64,000 nucleotides of DNA from Candidatus Kapaibacterium sp. (GTDB lineage: Bacteria > Bacteroidota > Ignavibacteria > Kapaibacteriales > UBA2268): positions 2,304,001 to 2,368,000 of the forward strand of contig OY761611.1 in the NCBI GenBank assembly GCA_963664875.1, in the 5' to 3' direction. Below, in pieces: positions 42,296 through 52,998 of the stretch (its first letter is position 1; each line of letters begins with the position of its first letter). The position numbers and the translations under genes were made by a program. The notes under the pieces are model-generated. The model was not told the origin of the DNA, searched no databases, and was given only the letters and a program-made list of their open reading frames with translations.

Positions 42296-45200
42296 ATGTT
42301 AAATCAAATAATAGATTATTCTTTGAAAAACAGACTCCCGGTGTTTATAGCTGTTATACTAATAGTAATTGCCGGTAGTTTTGTTGCTTCAGATATGGAA
42401 GTCGATGTATTTCCTGACCTTAATGCTCCCACAGTTGTTGTCATGACCGAAGCACACGGAATGGCTCCTGAGGAAGTTGAGAAACTCGTAACATTCCCTA
42501 TTGAAACTGCTGTAAACGGAGCAACAGGTATTCGCCGTGTTCGCTCTTCTTCTGCTATGGGTTTTTCTATCGTATGGGTTGAGTTTGAATGGGATATTGA
42601 TGTTTATGATGCAAGACAAACAGTAAGTGAAAAGCTACTAGAAGTCTCAGCAGATTTGCCTGACGGCGTAGGCAATCCTACAATCGCACCTCAGTCTTCA
42701 CTGCTCGGAGAAGTAATGATATTTGCCATGACTGCAAAAGAGACTACACCTATGAATCTGAGGACTTATGCTGAATGGAGCGTCAGACCTCGACTCTTAT
42801 CTGTCGGTGGTGTTGCTCAGGTACATTCTATAGGTGGAGATGTAATGGAATACCAAATACTTGCAGATCCACATAAAATGAAATACTACAATGTAAGCCT
42901 TGCTGATTTAATAGCAGCAGGTTCAGGCTTAAACGAAAACTCCCCCGGCGGTTTTCTAAACGAACACGGGAATGAGTACATTATCAGAGGTATAGCACGC
43001 ACTAAAGATATTGAAGAAATGGGGAACAACGTTATAAAAGTTGTGAACGGTTACCCGGTCAAAATACAAGATGTAGCAAATTTAAAGAAAGGAGCAGCTC
43101 CAAAAATCGGAGACGGTTCATATAGAGGCGAAAAGGCTGTAATTCTTACAGTAACCAAACAGCCGGGTATAAACACATTGAAGCTGCATGACAAAATCAT
43201 AGAATCCTTAGAGGAAATAAAAAAAACTTTACCTGATGATGTTGAATTTCATACTGACATTTTCACTCAAGCAAGTTTTATCGAAACAGCTGTAAGAAAC
43301 GTAAAAACTGCTTTAATCGAGGGCTCGGTACTTGTAATTGTGATACTTTTCGTTTTTCTGATGAATTACAGGACTACTTTAATATCTCTTCTTGCTATAC
43401 CGATTTCATTATTGGTAGCAATACTAACTTTGAAATGGCTTGGTATCACTATCAATACTATGACTCTCGGAGGGATGGCAATTGCCATAGGCTCTCTGGT
43501 AGATGATGCAATCATTGACGTAGAAAATGTTTTCAAAAGACTTAAAGAAAACCATAGAAAACCTATAGAAGAAAGAGAAAACAGCCTAACTGTAATTTTC
43601 AATGCTTCGAAGGAAATCAGAGCTTCTATATTAAATGCAACCTTGATTATTATAGTTGCTTTTATTCCTTTATTCTTCCTTTCCGGCATGGAAGGAAAGA
43701 TGCTTAAGCCATTAGGCATTGCATATATCGTATCTTTATTTGCTTCATTATTGGTAGCAATAACTATAACGCCTGTTTTGTGTAGTGTGCTTCTAACAGG
43801 TAAAAACCTTGAAGAAAGTAGTAAAAGTAATAAAGGCTTGGCTGCATTTCTCGCCGGTAAATACAAAATTGCCCTGACACGAGTTATGGACAACAAAAAA
43901 ACAGTCATGATTATTACAACTGTTATATCTCTTGCTGCAGTTGGTTTGATATTTACATTTGGCAGATCCTTTTTACCACCATTTAACGAAGGCTCTTTGA
44001 CTATAAATGTTTCTACTATGCCGGGTGTTTCTTTGGAAGAGTCAGATAAGCTGGGACTACTTGCAGAAAAAGAACTATTGGCTATCCCGGAAATCAACTC
44101 GGTATCCAGAAGAACAGGTAGAGCTGAGCTTGCAGAGCACTCCTTCGGAGGAAACGTTTCAGAGTTAGACGCACCTTATACAATAAAGGATAGGAGTAGG
44201 TCTGATTTTCTTCACGAAGTCAGAGAAAAACTTAACGAAGTTCCCGGTGTTGTAGTCGAGGTTGGTCAGCCAATAACACATCGCATGGATCACATGCTCT
44301 CAGGCTCAAAGGCAAATATTGCTCTCAAGCTTTTTGGCACAGACCTGAGTACTATGTACACTCTTGCTACTGATATCAAAAACAAAATTGCCGGTGTAGA
44401 AGGCATTGGTGATCTAAATGTCGAGCAGCAAGTTGATATACCTCAGATTTATATCAAACCACGCAGAGAACTCCTCGCAAAATACGGCATAACCATTAAA
44501 CAATTCAATGAGTTTGTTGATTACGCTTTTGCAGGCGAAAAAGTATCAGACGTTTTCGAAGGAGAAAGAAGATTCGACTTAGTACTTAGATATGATGACG
44601 AACACAGAGAAAATATTGAGGCACTTAAAAATGCAATGATAGACTGCTCCGAAGGCAAAAAAGTTCCTTTATTTTATGTTGCTGATATCTTTGTTGCCTC
44701 CGGTCCAAATACCATTAGTCGCGAAAATGTAAAAAGGAAAATAGTTATCTCAGTCAACGTTGCAGATAGAGACGTTGGAAGTGTAGTGTCAGATATTAAA
44801 AACATAGTAGATAGTGACATCAAGTTCCCGGAGAACTACTACCTTGAATACTCAGGTCAGTTCGAAAGTGAGCAAAGGGCATCGCGAATATTGATGTTTG
44901 CCTCACTCGGAGCTATTTTAATAATATTTATGCTTCTCTATCAGGAATTCAAAAGCGGAAAGACGGCAGGAATTATTCTGCTGAATTTGCCATTAGCTTT
45001 GATTGGTGGAGTTGCAGCAATTTATTTCACAAATGCTGTCATTTCTATTCCTGCTATAATTGGATTTATCACTCTATTTGGAATAGCTACAAGGAATGGT
45101 ATTTTGCTTGTTTCGAGATACAATCACATGATAGAAGAAGGCAATTCGCTTTACGACAGTATAATCCACGGTTCAGCCGACAGACTCAATCCTATTCTTA

Positions 45201-45388
45201 TGACTGCTCTGACTGCAGCGCTTGCTCTTGTGCCTCTTGCTATAGGTGGCGATCTGCCGGGTAATGAGATACAGAGCCCAATGGCTGTTGTTATTCTTGG
45301 TGGCTTGTTAACCTCTACCCTATTAAATGTATTTATAATTCCTATAGTTTATTATATAATGAATAAGAAGGAGTTTGGTAATGTATAA
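42296..45388 (+). CDS. Heavy-metal efflux RND permease (CzcA/CusA family)
   Basis: VDVFPDL, GMAPEEVEKLVTFPIE, AIAIGSLVDDAIIDVEN, GFITLFGIATRNG, RLNPILMT. Confidence 0.95.
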   Translation: MLNQIIDYSLKNRLPVFIAVILIVIAGSFVASDMEVDVFPDLNAPTVVVMTEAHGMAPEEVEKLVTFPIETAVNGATGIRRVRSSSAMGFSIVWVEFEWDIDVYDARQTVSEKLLEVSADLPDGVGNPTIAPQSSLLGEVMIFAMTAKETTPMNLRTYAEWSVRPRLLSVGGVAQVHSIGGDVMEYQILADPHKMKYYNVSLADLIAAGSGLNENSPGGFLNEHGNEYIIRGIARTKDIEEMGNNVIKVVNGYPVKIQDVANLKKGAAPKIGDGSYRGEKAVILTVTKQPGINTLKLHDKIIESLEEIKKTLPDDVEFHTDIFTQASFIETAVRNVKTALIEGSVLVIVILFVFLMNYRTTLISLLAIPISLLVAILTLKWLGITINTMTLGGMAIAIGSLVDDAIIDVENVFKRLKENHRKPIEERENSLTVIFNASKEIRASILNATLIIIVAFIPLFFLSGMEGKMLKPLGIAYIVSLFASLLVAITITPVLCSVLLTGKNLEESSKSNKGLAAFLAGKYKIALTRVMDNKKTVMIITTVISLAAVGLIFTFGRSFLPPFNEGSLTINVSTMPGVSLEESDKLGLLAEKELLAIPEINSVSRRTGRAELAEHSFGGNVSELDAPYTIKDRSRSDFLHEVREKLNEVPGVVVEVGQPITHRMDHMLSGSKANIALKLFGTDLSTMYTLATDIKNKIAGVEGIGDLNVEQQVDIPQIYIKPRRELLAKYGITIKQFNEFVDYAFAGEKVSDVFEGERRFDLVLRYDDEHRENIEALKNAMIDCSEGKKVPLFYVADIFVASGPNTISRENVKRKIVISVNVADRDVGSVVSDIKNIVDSDIKFPENYYLEYSGQFESEQRASRILMFASLGAILIIFMLLYQEFKSGKTAGIILLNLPLALIGGVAAIYFTNAVISIPAIIGFITLFGIATRNGILLVSRYNHMIEEGNSLYDSIIHGSADRLNPILMTALTAALALVPLAIGGDLPGNEIQSPMAVVILGGLLTSTLLNVFIIPIVYYIMNKKEFGNV

Positions 45389-46556
45389 ATTATGGATAGT
45401 AATCTTCTTCTCACTTTCGCTTATACCTTCTTATTCTATAGATATAGAAACGGCATTGAGAGATATAGAAACCAATAATAAAGAATTGAAAGCTGCCAGA
45501 CAACAAGCAGAGTCAAAAAAGTCTGCTGCCGGACAGAATTTACTTCTATCAGATCCTTCTGTTGAAGCAGGCTTTATGAATAGCACAGGTGATGAAGCAG
45601 TAAGCAAAAAAGACTTTAGCATTAAGCAGTCTTTTGAATTTCCCACCGTTTATTTCAAAAAGTCTAGTTTAGCTAACTTGCAAGAACAACTGGCTGAAGC
45701 CGAATATAAAGTGATCCGTAGGGAAATCCTTTTAGAAGCCAAGTTGATTTTGATGGATTACATTGTAAATATCAAAAAGTCTGAAGTTTTGAAGATTCGC
45801 TTTGAAAACTCAGGAAACATCTATCAATCATTCAAAAAAAGATTGGAATCAGGGGATATTGGAATTATTGATTATAATAAATCAAAAATGGAACTCCTGA
45901 CTGCTAAAACTCTTTTGCAAAAGACTACTATTGAACTTGATAATGCAACTGAGTCATTAAAAAGACTCAATGGTGGTATCAATTTACCTGCACTGGAGAT
46001 TGATAATTATAAAGCTGAACCTCTACCACAAACGGAATTGCTCAAAGATGATATGCTAAAGAAAGACCCGGATTTGCTGTTTTCACTTATGGAAATTGAT
46101 GCAGAAGAAAAAAATCTAAGTCTAAAAAAATGGTCAGCACTTCCAAAATTTGACATTGCATATAAATATGCCGATGAAGGTATAGAAAGTTTCTCGGGTA
46201 TCTCTTTGGGGATGAGTCTCCCGATCTTCGAAAGCAATAATACTATTAAAACAGCACGTGCCGAACTTGAATATAAAAAAGAACTTAGAGAAAGTATAAT
46301 CAATCGTAAGATACACGAAACGCAAGCAAAAATTGCACAACTTGAAACTATTGAGCTCAATCTAAAAGAATACAACGAACTTTTTGACAATGTTAAAACT
46401 TTAGAATTATTGGAAAAAGCTTTCAACCTTGGTGAGCTTTCAGCGGTGGAGTATTTCTATGAGATAAACTATTTCTATGAAATATACGACACGTACCTCG
46501 AACTTGAAGCAGAGAGCTTGAAGCTAAATACCGAAATTTTAAGCTTTCAATTATAA
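45381..46556 (+). CDS. TolC-family outer membrane efflux protein (CzcC-like)
   Basis: Signal peptide, NNKELKAAR, SIKQSFEFP, GMSLPIF, AFNLGELSAVEY. Overlaps the permease stop codon. Confidence 0.88.
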   Translation: MYKLWIVIFFSLSLIPSYSIDIETALRDIETNNKELKAARQQAESKKSAAGQNLLLSDPSVEAGFMNSTGDEAVSKKDFSIKQSFEFPTVYFKKSSLANLQEQLAEAEYKVIRREILLEAKLILMDYIVNIKKSEVLKIRFENSGNIYQSFKKRLESGDIGIIDYNKSKMELLTAKTLLQKTTIELDNATESLKRLNGGINLPALEIDNYKAEPLPQTELLKDDMLKKDPDLLFSLMEIDAEEKNLSLKKWSALPKFDIAYKYADEGIESFSGISLGMSLPIFESNNTIKTARAELEYKKELRESIINRKIHETQAKIAQLETIELNLKEYNELFDNVKTLELLEKAFNLGELSAVEYFYEINYFYEIYDTYLELEAESLKLNTEILSFQL

Positions 46557-46612
46557 AATATACATAATTTGGGATTGGAAAAGCAATACACGTTGTTAAC
46601 TTTTATATTGAT

Positions 46613-46831
46613 GGGCCTGTTTCGTAAATGTTTATGGCTGTATCGTAAGTCAAAATTAGACTATTTTCTATATAAAACCTGTGATAATAACCGCAAGCTA
46701 AGGCATGCGGTTTCACTTATGTAACTCTTTGCAACCGCATGCTTTAGCTTGCGGCAGAAGAAAATATAACGTTTGTTTTCCTCTACTTTTACTAAAGAGC
46801 ATGACAAAACTCAGACATATGAGACAAGCTC
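46613..46831. mobile_element. Possible ~220 bp MITE containing an inverted REP doublet
   Basis: Imperfect terminal inverted repeats GGGCCTGTTTCGTA / TATGAGACAAGCTC (10 of 14 match). Internal AACCGCAAGCTAAGGCATGCGGTT (46689-46712) and inverted AACCGCATGCTTTAGCTTGCGG (46733-46754). Confidence 0.5.
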
Positions 46832-46907
46832 TTCAATGATTCAATATGTAAGTTACTACCAGTATTTTTTGAGTTCTAATGACAAAATATCTTATTAGAG
46901 ATTCCAA

Positions 46908-46950
46908 TAAAAAACCCGATTATCTTCAATCAAAAGATAGTCGGGTTTTA
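46908..46950 (-). terminator. Terminator of atpD-atpC
   Basis: AAAACCCGATTATCT...AGATAGTCGGGTTTT. Confidence 0.75.
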
Positions 46951-46974
46951 TAATATAGACGGAATTGAATAATC

Positions 46975-47391
46975 CTATTTCATTCTACCTGCTGCATCAA
47001 TGCACATAGAAGCAAATTTAGCATCTTTTTTGGCGTTGTTGCGTTCAGTTTCTCCTAATGCCTTGTTGCCAATGATATCCAAGCACTTATCGATATCTGC
47101 ACGGCATTTTGATGTTTCAATTTCGGTGCCAAGCAGAGCATTTTCTACAAGTATTGAGACTTTATTTTTACTTATCTCTGTAAATCCGGTAGAGCATGCA
47201 AACCACAAATTTTTACCACTGTCATCAAGTATTTTGATAAGTCCTACATCCAAAGAAGAAACTATCGGAGCGTGATTATACAATACCTGAAACGGAGATT
47301 TTGAACCCGGAAGCGATACAGATTCGGCTTTACCGCTGTATATTTTTGCTTGCGGAGTAACAATTTCTATTTCTAATAATTTTTCAGCCAT
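46975..47391 (-). CDS. atpC: F1F0 ATP synthase epsilon subunit
   Basis: LEIEIVTP...VSLPG...FQVLYNHAPIVSSL...GFTEI. Immediately downstream of atpD. Confidence 0.95.
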   Translation of the reverse strand: MAEKLLEIEIVTPQAKIYSGKAESVSLPGSKSPFQVLYNHAPIVSSLDVGLIKILDDSGKNLWFACSTGFTEISKNKVSILVENALLGTEIETSKCRADIDKCLDIIGNKALGETERNNAKKDAKFASMCIDAAGRMK

Positions 47392-47403
47392 TAGAGCAAT
47401 CTC

Positions 47404-48846
<1,443 letters not shown>

Positions 48847-49208
48847 CTAACTTTCAAATTATTCAATTTGCCTTTTTGATTTCTACGTTATCATAATTTG
48901 GCTAATTTTAGATAAAATAAGCAAAATAAGTAAGATAGACAAAACATTTAGTCAAAACAAAACATAGAACTCAAATTTAATAAGCTCTTACAGTGTTTAG
49001 TTTTCAAATTTGCTTATTAATTTAATAGCTGACTATCAAATTCATTTTATAAAAGGCAATTCCTAAGATAGTATAAAACGTATATGATTTATAATATTTT
49101 ACTTTTTTGACTTTATTCTTTACTACTCTGTAGTGCAGCCAACTTTAAACATTGAACTTTTAAGTTTTTAGATAAAATAACCTGATGCCATTGAGTACAA
49201 TATAAAGG

Positions 49209-50303
49209 CTATATTTTTTTTATTCTTTTTTCTAGTTCGTAAATGCTATACAGCACATCATTTGGCTGGATTGATGAAAGTGAGCCACTTTCTGTGGTTA
49301 GTGTAATGTGTTCGGAGTTATATGGAGTCCATGGCTTTCCGGCAAACTCTCTGCCGGATATTTCATACATACATATTGCAGGTATGTTGCGTGCAGCTGC
49401 TATATGAACTGCTGCAGTATCAGGAGTAAGAATCATATCAGCTGTGCTAATCATACATATCCATTCATGTATTGAAGACGCTGCCGGAGCTATCCTTGCG
49501 TATGTCCGTGCTGATATTGTTTCCAAATCTCTATAATATTCTGAAGTGCCAAAACAGACAACATCAAAATCAGGACGGGAAGCAGCCAATCTTTCAATAA
49601 GATAAATATGATTGCTCTGTCCCCAATATTTATTTGGAGTAGAGCCGGCTAAGTTAATACATAGTCTAAATTTTTCTTTTTTGCCAAGTCTTCCCTCTGC
49701 AAATGCGATATCTTCCTCCGACAAAGGATATGAGAGTTTCAAATCAGAACGCAATGGATTGATATTGAATGGCAGAAGAAGGTTAGCCAATCTGTCAGTG
49801 ATGTGATATTCCTGCTTATCAAGCAAAGGCACAAGGTGCGAATAAACATGTGCATTACTTTTCTCAATACCAAGCGAAAAAGTAGATCCGGATAGTTTGA
49901 CTATCAAAGAAGAAGTCGCGGATGCATTATCATACATATCAATTATTAAGTCATACTTATTATGACGTAATTTCCGTATGAGACTGAAATTTTCTTTGAA
50001 ATTTCTACCATAAACATAGAAATTATCAGCAAATCTTTCGAAAGCCCGTTTTGCACCCTGATTGCGGTGGCTTAACAAAATATCAATCTTTGCCTCAGGT
50101 AGTGCTTCTTTAATTTTTTCTACTATAGGTACTGATACAAGCACATCCCCTATTCTGTCTTGCCTTAGAAGCAGAACCTTTTTAATATTTTTGCCTGTAA
50201 ATACCGCAGTAGGTTCGCTAACTTCCTGCTGAAATGAATGGTAAGAAAGCGCTGAAGTAATCCTGCTACGCAGATAAAGTTCTATTTTTTTGAGTAATGC
50301 CAT
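49209..50303 (-). CDS. Glycosyltransferase family 9 (LPS heptosyltransferase-like)
   Basis: RQDRIGDVLVS, YDLIID, KYW, LTPDTAAVHIAAA. Confidence 0.9.
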   Translation of the reverse strand: MALLKKIELYLRSRITSALSYHSFQQEVSEPTAVFTGKNIKKVLLLRQDRIGDVLVSVPIVEKIKEALPEAKIDILLSHRNQGAKRAFERFADNFYVYGRNFKENFSLIRKLRHNKYDLIIDMYDNASATSSLIVKLSGSTFSLGIEKSNAHVYSHLVPLLDKQEYHITDRLANLLLPFNINPLRSDLKLSYPLSEEDIAFAEGRLGKKEKFRLCINLAGSTPNKYWGQSNHIYLIERLAASRPDFDVVCFGTSEYYRDLETISARTYARIAPAASSIHEWICMISTADMILTPDTAAVHIAAARNIPAICMYEISGREFAGKPWTPYNSEHITLTTESGSLSSIQPNDVLYSIYELEKRIKKI

Positions 50304-50610
50304 AGACACAAAAATAAGAAATTGCAATCTCAAATCTTAGTACAAATTAGGCTTTGCTAAAGATTAGTTGTGGCTTAACACAATAGAAGAAATTGAAATC
50401 TTGTCAATATTTCGTATCAAATGATTGTACAAAATTAAAGATTTTCATCCTATATATAATATAATTATATTCAATTTACGATTGTATGGTATATTTGTAA
50501 CTAATATCATACTTAAGTGTTTTACAAATATAATTTCAAATTACGAATTACAAATTTTGGTGAGAGCCTGAAAGGCTCAAAGTAATAGTGTATTGTAGCA
50601 AAGTATAAAA

Positions 50611-50823
50611 ATTTCCCCTCTTGAGGGGTGCGTGAGCGAAGCGAGGGCGGGGTGGAAACAAACGAAGCACAAAGCCAAACAACATAAAAAATATAAATTA
50701 AATAGATAATCTTAGCGATAATATTTTCGGGGTAGTGATAAGATAAGGTTCTTATCCACCCCGTCTCACCTTCGGTGAGCCACCCTACTTCGGCAGGCTC
50801 AGCACATCGCTCAAGAGGGGAAT
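50611..50823. repeat. Inverted REP doublet (CCCCTCTTGAGGGG family), copy 1
   Basis: TTCCCCTCTTGAGGGGTG...CGGGGTGGA, an AT-rich spacer, then the inverted arm TCCACCCCG...CTCAAGAGGGGAA. Identical copy at 52737. Confidence 0.9.
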
Positions 50824-50872
50824 AATTAGGATTTTGAGTGAAAAACAAAATACACATATGGAAATTTACAAC

Positions 50873-52735
50873 ATGAAACAACTTATACTATTACTTTTAA
50901 TCGTGCCTGCGCTGCTTAGTGCCGAACTCTATGAAGGATCTGACTCATTAAAGCCAAAAAAGGAATATACATATAAAGCAAAAGGTGGTTTAGATATAGA
51001 CCCTAATCTGCTTAATGACGAAGTTCCTGATGACCCTCGTATTCGTTTTGCTACTTATTTTGGTGGAAGTGCAGCTGATGCAGTGCAAGATTTCAAGATT
51101 GATTCTAAGGGATATTTGTATGCTATTGGTAATACCTTTAGTAATGACTTTCCAATGGTTGGAAATTCCTTTGATTCTGAAAAAACTGAAGAAGATTATA
51201 TTGATGCTTTTATTGTCAAATTTGACACATTAGGCTTTCCTGTTTGGAGTACATACTTTGGTGGAACAGGAGAAGACAGAGGTACTAGATTAGAAATTGA
51301 TTCAGATGATAACATAATTATTGCAGGAGCTACTAATTCCCCAAATTTCCCATTAAAATGTGAATTTGATCAAGACAGTATAAAAGGCGAGGCAGATATG
51401 TATGTTGCTAAGTTTGATCAGAATGGCAATTTACTATGGTCAAGGTTGTTTGGCGGAACATATTTAGATCAGGCTTTTGGACTTGCCGTAGATGATGATG
51501 ATAATGTTTATTTGGCAGGTAACACTATGAGTACTGACATTGTAAGAAGTGATTGGACTTACCAACCTGAGTTTAGCCTGTTTTTAGATAAATGGCGAGA
51601 ATATTCAGATGGCGTATTTGCCAAATTTAGTCCTGAAGGTAAACATATATGGTCGAGCTACTTGGGTGCACAACGTGTCGAACATTTAGAAGACATTGAT
51701 GTTTATGGGGATGAGATAGCTATAGTTGGACGTTTAAATGCTCCCATTACAAAGACACATGAAAATATGTATCTCATAGGTACTGAAGATGCTATTCAGA
51801 AACTACCATGTGATACTATGCTGTACGAACATTACACACTTTTCGATCCATTTATTGCCAAATTTACAACTGACAGCTGTAAACTTAAATATTTTACTTA
51901 CTACTGTTCTCAAACTATAAAAAAAGAATTATCCGATAATAGATATTATTTCTCTGATTATGATTCCAAAGGAAATTATATTTTAATTATTGACACAGAA
52001 AATAATTCCATGGAGGTAAAAGGTTCTCCATTTCAAGATTATAGTCCTAATACTAACTACCCCGGCATGATGATGTTATCTCTTAGTCCCCAAAATACTG
52101 TCAATTGGGATTGGGATATCACAGCTGGTGAAAATTTCTCAGATAATGCATACACTATAGATAATCAAATATTATGGGGTGAAGTAACTACAGATAAAAA
52201 TTTGTTTCCCGAAGACAGTAATCATATTGCAAACAGAGACAATGGTTCTACCCGTACTTCTTTGTTAATGAGATTTGATTTAGAAAACTATTCTCAATGG
52301 TATTCTTACCATCCTCACTTCGATGCGGAAAATAGAATTGTTTGTAAAAATAATGATTTATACATGGTGTCCAAATCTCATCCATCACACTTACTCAAAA
52401 ATGCTTATTCTGAAGAATTCCATGAGTATGGCTTATATCTAATCAATTTTGATATGAGAGAGGATTTCGGATACTCTGCTATAGATACAGGAAGAAATGA
52501 TTTATCAAACATATATGTTTATCCATCAATAGCAACTCAATCTATAACTATATCTTCTGAAGATTCCATTAGACAACTACAAATCTATGATTTACTCGGC
52601 AAGCAATTATATTATAAAGAAATACAAATACCATTCCCATTAAACGAGTTAGAAATTAACATAGAGAACTATGCAGACGGGATGTATTTCATTCTTGTAA
52701 ACAATAATTACAGTCTTAAATTTATTAAGGAGTAA
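50873..52735 (+). CDS. SBBP-repeat (beta-propeller) T9SS cargo protein, paralog 1
   Basis: Signal peptide MKQLILLLLIVPALLSA; repeats ATYFGGS..D, DAFIVKFD..G..VWSTYFGG, GATNSPNFP; C-terminal YP...IYDLLGK...GMYFI...KFIKE. Confidence 0.9.
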   Translation: MKQLILLLLIVPALLSAELYEGSDSLKPKKEYTYKAKGGLDIDPNLLNDEVPDDPRIRFATYFGGSAADAVQDFKIDSKGYLYAIGNTFSNDFPMVGNSFDSEKTEEDYIDAFIVKFDTLGFPVWSTYFGGTGEDRGTRLEIDSDDNIIIAGATNSPNFPLKCEFDQDSIKGEADMYVAKFDQNGNLLWSRLFGGTYLDQAFGLAVDDDDNVYLAGNTMSTDIVRSDWTYQPEFSLFLDKWREYSDGVFAKFSPEGKHIWSSYLGAQRVEHLEDIDVYGDEIAIVGRLNAPITKTHENMYLIGTEDAIQKLPCDTMLYEHYTLFDPFIAKFTTDSCKLKYFTYYCSQTIKKELSDNRYYFSDYDSKGNYILIIDTENNSMEVKGSPFQDYSPNTNYPGMMMLSLSPQNTVNWDWDITAGENFSDNAYTIDNQILWGEVTTDKNLFPEDSNHIANRDNGSTRTSLLMRFDLENYSQWYSYHPHFDAENRIVCKNNDLYMVSKSHPSHLLKNAYSEEFHEYGLYLINFDMREDFGYSAIDTGRNDLSNIYVYPSIATQSITISSEDSIRQLQIYDLLGKQLYYKEIQIPFPLNELEINIENYADGMYFILVNNNYSLKFIKE

Positions 52736-52736
52736 A

Positions 52737-52949
52737 ATTTCCCCTCTTGAGGGGTGCGTGAGCGAAGCGAGGGCGGGGTGGAAACAAACGAAGCACAAAG
52801 CCAAACAACATAAAAAATATAAATTAAATAGATAATCTTAGCGATAATATTTTCGGGGTAGTGATAAGATAAGGTTCTTATCCACCCCGTCTCACCTTCG
52901 GTGAGCCACCCTACTTCGGCAGGCTCAGCACATCGCTCAAGAGGGGAAT
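52737..52949. repeat. Inverted REP doublet, copy 2 (identical to copy 1)
   Basis: Same sequence as 50611-50823, offset by 2126 bp. Confidence 0.92.
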
Positions 52950-52998
52950 AATTAGGATTTTGAGTGAAAAACAAAATACACATATGGAAATTTACAAC

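Noticed and set aside
43366-44097. Long antisense ORFs (also 30672..31193, 46007..46426, 56518..56994 and similar)
   Set aside because: They are shadow frames opposite well-supported genes.
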